A stretch of 64,000 nt of DNA from an uncultured Gemmatimonadaceae bacterium (GTDB taxonomy: Bacteria > Gemmatimonadota > Gemmatimonadetes > Gemmatimonadales > Gemmatimonadaceae), in assembly GCA_963761305.1 (NCBI GenBank), contig CAVXGK010000002.1, positions 2,560,001 through 2,624,000 of the forward strand. The letters run 5' to 3'. Positions 10,072 to 17,685 of this stretch are shown one piece after another. Each line of letters starts with the position of its first letter. Position 1 is the stretch's first letter. Position numbers and translations under genes: made by a program. The notes beneath the pieces were generated by a model. The model did not search any database, was not told where the DNA came from, and saw only the letters and a program-made list of their open reading frames with translations.

Positions 10072-10688
10072 ACGACGAAAAACTTCGAGACGCATACGAG
10101 CGCGGACTGCCGCGCAGCGACGGCTCGCCGGCTCTGGACGACGTCACGGCGGAACGTCTTCGCCGCCTCGTCGAAGGCGAGGGACCGGAGAGCGAGCGTT
10201 TGCGAACGCTCGACGTCGCGCTGTCGACGGCGGAGGGACGGCGCGAGCTGGAGATCGCGTGGGCCGCGGCCAAGGCGGCGCGTCCACCGCGCCGGTCGTG
10301 GCAGCGATTCGCGACGGCAGCGTCGATCGTCGTCGTCGTCGGCGCGTCAGCGATGTGGCTGCGGGAACGGAACGCGCCGACCGGCACGGTGCTGCGTGGA
10401 TCGGAGTCGCCGGTCACACTGATCGCGCCCGTGGGCGCGGTGCGCGCGGACCACGCGACGCGTTTCTTGTGGCGCGCCGTCGGCAACGCCGAGCGATACC
10501 AGATCGTCGTGGTCGACACGACGGGAACCGAGTTGTACGCCGGTGAGACGCGCGACACCGCGGTGTCGCTTCCGGACAGCGTCCGGCTCGTCCCCGGGCG
10601 CGCGTATCTGTGGTGGGTGCAGGCCCGCCTCAACGATCAATCGACCGTCACCGCCGTGACGCAACGCCTGGTGGTCACGCCGAAGTAG
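10068..10688 (+). CDS. Putative single-pass anti-sigma factor with a periplasmic FN3-like domain, 206 aa
   Basis: ATGA-coupled to the sigma gene; helical N-terminus, TM segment FATAASIVVVVGASAMW, LRG motif, beta-rich C-terminus. Confidence 0.78.
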   Translation: MNDEKLRDAYERGLPRSDGSPALDDVTAERLRRLVEGEGPESERLRTLDVALSTAEGRRELEIAWAAAKAARPPRRSWQRFATAASIVVVVGASAMWLRERNAPTGTVLRGSESPVTLIAPVGAVRADHATRFLWRAVGNAERYQIVVVDTTGTELYAGETRDTAVSLPDSVRLVPGRAYLWWVQARLNDQSTVTAVTQRLVVTPK

Positions 10689-10714
10689 TTCGAAGCATCT
10701 CCTCGGCGAAGCGG

Positions 10715-13636
10715 TCAGCGCTTCGCGCTCGTATCGCGCGTGGGCTGTGCGGCGTCGCGCAGCCACGGGAGCGGCGCGAGGTTGGCCGGACGCAGCGGCG
10801 GCCGCATCGACGCATCGCCGATCACGGTGAATGCCGCCCAATCGGAGATGCGCGCGCCCTCGCGAATCGCCGCCAGCTTCGTCTGCCGCAGCGCGTCGCC
10901 GACGGAAAGTCCTGCCGCCATCGCCGCGTAGAACCGATCGACGAACGGCAGCACGCTGCGGTCGCCGATCGACCAGTGAGTCACAACCACCGTGCGCGCG
11001 CCCGCCTCGAACAACGGACCGACCAGACCGCGCAACCCTTCGCCGCCCAGAATCTGACCGCCGAGCGTCTCGCACGCGGACAGAACGACAAGCGAACCGT
11101 TGAGATGCAGCGCAGCTACTTCCGACGTCGAGAGAAACCCGTCGTCGCCGGGACTCGGCGCCAGCGCGAGCGCAGTGCGCGCTTGTCCTTCGCCGTCGAT
11201 CAGCGCGTGCGTCGCGAAGTGAGCGACGGCGACTTCGCGCCAATTCACCGCGCGCAACGCCGCCTCGCTCGCGTTGTTGCGAGTGAGCACGACGCTCTTG
11301 GCCGCGTAGCGAGCGACACGCGTCGCTTCGTCGGCCGAGCGGGGAAGACGCGCCAGCGATACCTCGCGGAATGGCGCCGCCGAATCAGACGCGGTCGGGT
11401 CGGTGCGCAGCTCGATTCGCCGTCCATCGCGCTCGCGCGCGAAGGCCGGATCTCCTATCGCGAGCAGGCGTGTCGCCGTTGCCGGCGCGCGCACGCTGCG
11501 GAGCGCGAGTCCGACCGTCGCCGACGGCACGATGGAGATCGCGTAGCGCTCGACCGCGAAATGATCGTCCGCCAGACGCAGCCCGTCGAACGGAATTCGA
11601 TATAGGTCGCCGTCCGGCGAGATCGAGAGACGCGTGACACGCGCCGGCAGCGCGCGGACGATCGGCTGCAGCAGCGCGGCGCCGAGCTGGCGGCTCAACG
11701 CGATCGGCTCGACGCCGGTCGCCGCGACTCGAAGGTAGTGGTCGATGAGCGGCGCGACGGCCGCGCGGTCACCGAGCGAGACCGCGAACGCCGTGTCGTT
11801 CGTGATTACGATGGCCGTCGTCGGGGCGCCGGCCTCGCCGAGGGTGAATTCCACGAGCGCTTCGTCGGCGGACAGTTGTCGCCGAACGTCGTCGACGCTC
11901 AGTGCGGCATCCGACGCCGAGATGCGTCGAAAACCGGCGAGCGCCGTCGACGAATCCGCCATGCGTCCGACGGTGCGCAGCGAGGCGTCGGCGACTTCGC
12001 GCGCGCGAACGCTTTCGATGAACCGGAACGCCGACGGGAGCCGTCCGCCGGCGACGAGTCCGGCGACGAGCTCCGGATACGCGTCACTCAACCCGCCCCA
12101 TTCGCCGCGCAGTTGCGCCAAGCCCGCGCGCAGATCGTCGTTGCTCATGACGCGCCGGCGCAGCGCGATCGCCGACGAGAGGTACGCGATCGCGCTGTCG
12201 GCGGTCGCGACGCGATGTGCGCGCAACGCGAGCTGCGCCTCGAGCGCCGCGAACGGCATTGCCTGAACGTTGTGCTGGTCGCCGTTGCGCCACAGGAAAT
12301 GCGGCCGCGCCACGGCGACCAGCGAGTCCGCCGTTTGCAGATCACCGCGCAGCATCGCCAACCGCGCCAGATACACCGGCAGTTCGATCTGCCAACCCGT
12401 GTTCGCCGACGCGCGCGCCAGGCGCGTTCCCTCGTCGAGCGCGCGCTGCGCGCTGTCGAGGCGGCCGGCGCGCATCTGCGCGGAGGCGAGCAGCCGCAGC
12501 GAACTCACGGCGTTGAAGCTCAGCCCAGCGCGGCCGAAGGCGGCGACCGACTGCGCGTACTTCGCGCACGCGTCGTCGAACGCCCCGCGCGCCTCGGCGA
12601 CGAGCCCCTCGAACTGCAGATCCACGGCGAGGCCCCACAGGTCGCCGTACGACGCGTGCATCGCCGCCGCTCGCTCGGCTTGCTTTCGCGCCGATTCCGC
12701 GTCGCCCAACGCGAAATAGAGGTCGGCGAGATCCGTGCGCGCCCAAGCCTCGGTCTGCGTGAAGCGCGCGAGCTGCGCGTCGCGCACCGCGTGCTCGAGA
12801 TCGATGCGCGCACGGACGAAGTAGCCGCGCGTGAGTCGCCCGTAACCAAGCCATTGGTTCGCCGACGCGGCGCCGTACGCAAAATGGATCTGCTCGAAGA
12901 TCCGAACCGCCTCGGCGGCGGCGCGCTCGGCCTCGAAGAACGATTGCGAGCGCTCCACGATCGTCGCGAAGCCGACATCGCAGACGCCAAGCTCGCGAAG
13001 CGACCTGCTGCTCCGCGCGACGCGGATCCCGTCGGCGAGATGCGCGCGTCCCGTCGTGTCGCCGGCCATCTCCAGGAACATGCCTTCGGTGCAGAGCAAC
13101 TCGGCCCGCTCCTCGGCGATCGGACTCTTCGCGATCGCCCGCGCCTCGCGCACCAGCTCGAGCCCCGCCTTGGGACCGGCGCGGCGGCTTCTGAGTTTTC
13201 CAACGTTCACCAGCGCCTGAAAAGCGACGTGCCAATCGCCGGCCGCGAGATCCTCGGCGCGGGCCAACATGAACAGCGAATCGGCGCGCACGACGTCGGA
13301 CCCGATCGCGCGCCAGAGCGCCATCGAGACATGGGCCGCCGCGGTGTATTGCGAGGCGGTCGGAGTCAGGCGAATGATGCGGTCGTAGAGCGAATCAGCG
13401 CGTTCGTATTGGTAGCGTTGCTGCGCCAACGCGCCCAGCGCGAGCAACGCGCGTGGATCGTTCGGATCGCGCAGCGCGGCGGCGGTCCATTCCTTCTGAA
13501 ATTTGGATTCCGTCGCGGTCTCGACGGCCGTTTGCGCCGCGCGGACGATGCGCCACGCATCGCCGGCCTCCGGCAGCTTGCCCTGCGCGGCGCCGGCGCC
13601 GACAAAGGCGGCGATCGCGAACACGAGTGAAGTCAT
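10715..13636 (-). CDS. TPR-CHAT (caspase-like, clan CD) protease with a predicted signal peptide, 973 aa
   Basis: Long TPR-like helical region; CHAT motifs ISPDGDLYRIPF, HFATHA (His), VVLSACET (Cys), AGARTVVVTHWSI and WAAF. Confidence 0.93.
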   Translation of the reverse strand: MTSLVFAIAAFVGAGAAQGKLPEAGDAWRIVRAAQTAVETATESKFQKEWTAAALRDPNDPRALLALGALAQQRYQYERADSLYDRIIRLTPTASQYTAAAHVSMALWRAIGSDVVRADSLFMLARAEDLAAGDWHVAFQALVNVGKLRSRRAGPKAGLELVREARAIAKSPIAEERAELLCTEGMFLEMAGDTTGRAHLADGIRVARSSRSLRELGVCDVGFATIVERSQSFFEAERAAAEAVRIFEQIHFAYGAASANQWLGYGRLTRGYFVRARIDLEHAVRDAQLARFTQTEAWARTDLADLYFALGDAESARKQAERAAAMHASYGDLWGLAVDLQFEGLVAEARGAFDDACAKYAQSVAAFGRAGLSFNAVSSLRLLASAQMRAGRLDSAQRALDEGTRLARASANTGWQIELPVYLARLAMLRGDLQTADSLVAVARPHFLWRNGDQHNVQAMPFAALEAQLALRAHRVATADSAIAYLSSAIALRRRVMSNDDLRAGLAQLRGEWGGLSDAYPELVAGLVAGGRLPSAFRFIESVRAREVADASLRTVGRMADSSTALAGFRRISASDAALSVDDVRRQLSADEALVEFTLGEAGAPTTAIVITNDTAFAVSLGDRAAVAPLIDHYLRVAATGVEPIALSRQLGAALLQPIVRALPARVTRLSISPDGDLYRIPFDGLRLADDHFAVERYAISIVPSATVGLALRSVRAPATATRLLAIGDPAFARERDGRRIELRTDPTASDSAAPFREVSLARLPRSADEATRVARYAAKSVVLTRNNASEAALRAVNWREVAVAHFATHALIDGEGQARTALALAPSPGDDGFLSTSEVAALHLNGSLVVLSACETLGGQILGGEGLRGLVGPLFEAGARTVVVTHWSIGDRSVLPFVDRFYAAMAAGLSVGDALRQTKLAAIREGARISDWAAFTVIGDASMRPPLRPANLAPLPWLRDAAQPTRDTSAKR

Positions 13637-13745
13637 GGACCGCTCCGGCGGCGAACGGAGTGGGAGGTGCGCCCGCCGCTGACCCCAGTAGGCAGCACTC
13701 GGCGCGGTCCGTCAAGGTTGCTCATGATCGTCCGCTGACGAAGCA

Positions 13746-14216
13746 TCAACGCGGCCGGTCCGTTCGCGCGCAGATCGACGCCTTGAGCACGTTGCTCTCG
13801 ACTCGGGCGGGCTGGAGCTGACGCTGTCCGTCCACGATGCGGACCTCTTCGCCGAGCGTCGCGCGCACCTGGAGATACAACGTCACGCGATGCGACGGAC
13901 GCGCAGCGTCGCATGGGTCGCCGCTTGCCTCGTACCAATCGCGCAACATCGGCGTGTCGGCATACGGCTCCCACCGCGCGCCGAGGAAGTCGGCGCGATG
14001 GCTGACCCGGTACTCGGACGGGCGGGCGCCGACGGTTGTGTGCACGAGAGCGATCGCGGTCGACGACGCCGCGACCGTGTCGCTCCCACCGTTGATGGAG
14101 AACGCGGTGAGCACGGGCGGTTGCCCGCCGCTCCGCTGCGCCAGCGCGAGCGCGGGAGCACCGCCGACGAGCGCGACGACAGCGGCCGCGCGGATGTGGC
14201 GCGCTAGCGGAGCCAT
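13746..14216 (-). CDS. Small secreted hypothetical protein, probably a single beta-sandwich domain, 156 aa
   Basis: Signal peptide MAPLARHIRAAAVVALVGGAPALALA; FSINGG...YRVS...F.GARW.PY...LYLQV pattern. Start reassigned to ATG 14216. Confidence 0.7.
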   Translation of the reverse strand: MAPLARHIRAAAVVALVGGAPALALAQRSGGQPPVLTAFSINGGSDTVAASSTAIALVHTTVGARPSEYRVSHRADFLGARWEPYADTPMLRDWYEASGDPCDAARPSHRVTLYLQVRATLGEEVRIVDGQRQLQPARVESNVLKASICARTDRPR

Positions 14217-14224
14217 ATGAGGGA

Positions 14225-14253
14225 CAGACGCAGCCCGTCGCCCGGGATTCTCA
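14225..14253 (-). promoter_or_regulatory. Putative ECF sigma-dependent promoter TGAGAAT-N16-CGTCTG
   Basis: Lies 8 nt before ATG 14216 and matches the motif at 5955-5983. Confidence 0.65.
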
Positions 14254-14322
14254 GGCACGGCGGAGAGTCGACGTTGGCCTCTCCGCTTCCGTTCCGGGTC
14301 GCCCGTCGAAAGGTTTGTCACG

Positions 14323-16335
14323 ATGACGGGAAGCCCCCCACCCCGCCCGCCGCGCGTGCTCACCGACCGCGAACGTGCCGCGCTCGTCGCGGCATGCGAC
14401 GCGTTTCATCCGACTCTCGCTGCCGAGGGCACGGATGATCCGTCGCTGTTCGTCGCCAGCGCGACAAGTCTTGGCGTCCCCGCAGCGGCGGAAGAAGCGA
14501 TCGGCATCCTGGCGCCCGCCGACCGTTCGGCGCTCAAACGACTGCTCCGACTGCTCGAAAGTCCGATCCTTCCGCTCCTGATCGGCAAGCCGCGGCGAAT
14601 CTCGAAGTTGAAGAGCGCGGATCGGGAACGGCTGCTTCGCGCGATGTCGACGAGCCGCTTGCCGTTCTTGCGGAGCGGATTTCAAGCGCTCAGGCGGCTT
14701 TCGAGTTTCCTCTTCTACAGCACGACAGACGAGACGGGCTGCAACGCGACCTGGCCGCGCATCGGCTACACGCCGTCGCCGAAAAGCATGGTGGGCGCCA
14801 GCACGATTCGCACGATGCGCTACGACACCGACGCGACCGTCGATTGCGACGTGTGCGTGATCGGATCGGGCGCCGGCGGCGGCATCGTGGCCGGCGAGCT
14901 CGTGGCGCGCGGCTTCAGGGTCGTCGTCATCGAAAGCGGACCGGGCGACCAGGCCCCGAATTTCTCGCAGGACGAGTTGGCCGGAACGCGCCGGCTGTAT
15001 CTCGACAGCGGCCTCACTGCGTCGCACGATCTCGGCGTGTCGATCCTCGCCGGCGCGTGTCTCGGCGGCGGCACCACGGTGAACTGGCAGACGTGTCTTC
15101 GCACGCCAGACTACATCCGCGACGAATGGGCCGAGCGGTCGGGCTGCGGACTCTTCACCAGCGATCAGTTCACGCGCGCGCTCGACATGGTGACGATGCG
15201 CCTCGGCGTTTCGCCGGACGAGAGCGAGGTGAACGCCAACAACGCGGTGATCCGCCGCGGCTGCGAATCGCTCGGCTACGCGTGGTCGGTCTGCGAGCGA
15301 AACGCGCGCGGATGCGACACGGCGCAGTGCGGCTACTGCGTTTACGGCTGCCGCGCCGGTGGCAAGCAGTCGACCGTCGTCACGTATCTGCACACGGTGG
15401 GACGCAGCCGAAAGTCGAAAATCGTCACCGACTGCCGCGCGGATCGCCTGATCATCGAGCGGAATCGCGTCGAAGGTGTCATCGCGAAAACCGTCGATGG
15501 CTCGGGTGCCGAGATCACGGCGGAGATTCGCGCGAACGTCGTCGTCGTGTGCGCGGGCGGCATCGGAACGCCTGCGCTGCTGGAGCGATCCGGAGTCATG
15601 CTCCCGCAGCTCGGACGCAACCTGTTCATTCACCCGACGACGGCGGTCGCCGGCGTCTACGGCGATCGCGTCGAGCCGTGGCGTGGTCCGCCGCAGTCGA
15701 TCATTTCGAACCAATTCGAGCGCGTCGACGGGAACTACGGGTTTCGGCTCGAGGCGGCGCCGGTGCATCCGGGACTGCTCGCGCTCGCCGCGCCATGGAC
15801 GTCGCCTTGCGCGCATCGGCGGTTGATGCAGCGGAGCGCGCACGTCAGCGCGACGATCGCGCTCGTCCGCGACGCGACGGCCGGCCGCGTTCGCCCGCGA
15901 GGCGACGGCACCGTCCGCATCGACTACAAGCTCGGCAAGCCGGAACGCGCGCTCGTCGCTCAGGGTATCGCCGCGGCAGCGCGCCTGCACCTCGCCGCCG
16001 GCGCCGACGAAGTTCACACGCTCTTCACGCGGGGAATGACGTTGTCGAAGTCGGCGTCCACCTCCGAGGCAGACGCCTTCTACCGACGCCTCGAGACGGA
16101 GCCGGTCGACCGCAACTGGTCGATGCTGTTCAGCGCTCATCAGATGGGCACGTGCCGCATGGGTCGCGACGCCCAAACCGCCGTGTGCGACCAGCGCGGG
16201 CAGGTCTTCGGCGTCACCGGGCTCTACGTCGCCGACGCGAGCCTGTTCCCGGCGTCGAGCGGCGTGAACCCCATGATCACCGTGATGGCGATGGCGACCT
16301 GCGTCGCCGAAGGAATCGCCAACGGCGGCGAATGA
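14323..16335 (+). CDS. GMC family FAD oxidoreductase (long-chain alcohol oxidase-like)
   Basis: VIGSGAGGG FAD-binding motif, LGGGTTVN, C..CGYC.YGC, SAHQMGTCRMG and GVNPMIT. Confidence 0.9.
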   Translation: MTGSPPPRPPRVLTDRERAALVAACDAFHPTLAAEGTDDPSLFVASATSLGVPAAAEEAIGILAPADRSALKRLLRLLESPILPLLIGKPRRISKLKSADRERLLRAMSTSRLPFLRSGFQALRRLSSFLFYSTTDETGCNATWPRIGYTPSPKSMVGASTIRTMRYDTDATVDCDVCVIGSGAGGGIVAGELVARGFRVVVIESGPGDQAPNFSQDELAGTRRLYLDSGLTASHDLGVSILAGACLGGGTTVNWQTCLRTPDYIRDEWAERSGCGLFTSDQFTRALDMVTMRLGVSPDESEVNANNAVIRRGCESLGYAWSVCERNARGCDTAQCGYCVYGCRAGGKQSTVVTYLHTVGRSRKSKIVTDCRADRLIIERNRVEGVIAKTVDGSGAEITAEIRANVVVVCAGGIGTPALLERSGVMLPQLGRNLFIHPTTAVAGVYGDRVEPWRGPPQSIISNQFERVDGNYGFRLEAAPVHPGLLALAAPWTSPCAHRRLMQRSAHVSATIALVRDATAGRVRPRGDGTVRIDYKLGKPERALVAQGIAAAARLHLAAGADEVHTLFTRGMTLSKSASTSEADAFYRRLETEPVDRNWSMLFSAHQMGTCRMGRDAQTAVCDQRGQVFGVTGLYVADASLFPASSGVNPMITVMAMATCVAEGIANGGE

Positions 16336-16383
16336 CGCGCGGTCTGTGCCCGCGCCGAGGCCGCCGTTAGGATTCGACGATCA

Positions 16384-17685
16384 ATGATTCGAACCACGCT
16401 CGGTACCCTCCTCGTCGTTTTCTCGACAACCGTGTCGCCGGCGGCCGGGGCCCAGGCCCGTCCGGCGCAACGGGCTGCCCCGGTCGACACGCGCACCGAC
16501 CCGCTGCACCAGGCCGGGCGCGACGTCACCATCTCTCTCCTGACGATGGGCAACGGCACCCAGGTCTGGGAGCTGTTCGGCCACGACGCGATCTGGATCC
16601 ACGACCTCGTCACGAATCGCGATACGGTGTTCAACTGGGGCGTGTTCAACTTCCGCCAGCCCCGGTTCCTTCAGCGTTTTCTCAAGGGCACGATGCTCTA
16701 CTCCATGGGCGGCGATTCCATGGAGAACATCTTGTACGAGTACCGGGTCTGGAATCGCACCGTGCTGGCGCAGGAGTTGGACCTGACGGCGGCGCAGAAG
16801 GACTCGATCCTCGCGGCGATCCGGCTCAACGCGCAGCCGGAAAACATCGACTACCGCTACGACTATTTCCGCAACAACTGCTCGACCCGCGTCCGCGACA
16901 TTCTGGACAACGCGCTCGGCGGGGCGTTGCGCAAAGAGGCGGCCGCGCTCACCGGCACGACGTACCGCTGGCACGCGCTCCGGCTCATGCAGCCCCAACC
17001 CGCCATCATGCTCGGCGCGGACATCGGCATGGGGCGGCCGGGAGACGTGGAGATCTCGAAATGGCAGGCGATGTTTCTGCCGCGACAGCTGCACGATTTT
17101 GTGGCCAGCATTCGCGTCGTCGACAGCACCGGGACTGCGCACCGCCTCGTGAAGCGGGAAACGGTGCTGTTTCAGTCGAACCGCCCGCCGGAACCCGACG
17201 CGCCGCCCAAGTTCGGCAACTGGGCGCTGCTCGGCGGGATCGCCATCGCCGCGCTGCTCACCTGGCTCGGCGTCGCCGCGACGAGTCGGGGCGATTGGAC
17301 GAGGTTCGTCGCGGGCGCCGCATTCGCGCTCTGGTCGCTGGCGGCAGGATTTCTTGGCACGATCCTCGTGCTGCTCTGGGGCGTCACGGACCACGTGTTC
17401 GCGCACCAGAATGAGAACTTGCTGATCTTCAATCCGCTCTGGCTGCTGCTCGTCGTGCTCGCCCCCGTCTACATCATTTCCGGCCGCGCCGGCGGGGCAA
17501 CGCGCGCGGTGGCGCGGACGATCGGCGCGCTCGCGGTGATCGCGCTCCTCATCCATCTAGTCGGGCTGTCGGCGCAGACCAACCTTGCGATCATCGCCCT
17601 CGGACTGCCACCGGCCCTCGCCGTCGCCGTCGTTACGGGGCGACGGCCAGTGACGGCAAGCCAGCGGCTCGCAGCTTTGCGTTGA
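16384..17685 (+). CDS. DUF4105 / Lnb-like membrane protein
   Basis: LFGH, FNWG.F and YRYDYFRNNCSTR motifs, followed by about five TM helices. Confidence 0.8.
   Translation: MIRTTLGTLLVVFSTTVSPAAGAQARPAQRAAPVDTRTDPLHQAGRDVTISLLTMGNGTQVWELFGHDAIWIHDLVTNRDTVFNWGVFNFRQPRFLQRFLKGTMLYSMGGDSMENILYEYRVWNRTVLAQELDLTAAQKDSILAAIRLNAQPENIDYRYDYFRNNCSTRVRDILDNALGGALRKEAAALTGTTYRWHALRLMQPQPAIMLGADIGMGRPGDVEISKWQAMFLPRQLHDFVASIRVVDSTGTAHRLVKRETVLFQSNRPPEPDAPPKFGNWALLGGIAIAALLTWLGVAATSRGDWTRFVAGAAFALWSLAAGFLGTILVLLWGVTDHVFAHQNENLLIFNPLWLLLVVLAPVYIISGRAGGATRAVARTIGALAVIALLIHLVGLSAQTNLAIIALGLPPALAVAVVTGRRPVTASQRLAALR

Noticed and set aside
10715..13636. TPR-CHAT plus sigma as a type III-E CRISPR (Craspase) locus
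   Set aside because: There is no Cas7-11, Csx30/31 or array in the window, and this CHAT protein appears to be exported. Only the regulatory logic is analogous.
5991..14216. The sigma/CHAT locus as a mobile island
   Set aside because: No integrase, transposase, tRNA or matching terminal repeats, and composition looks like the flanks.
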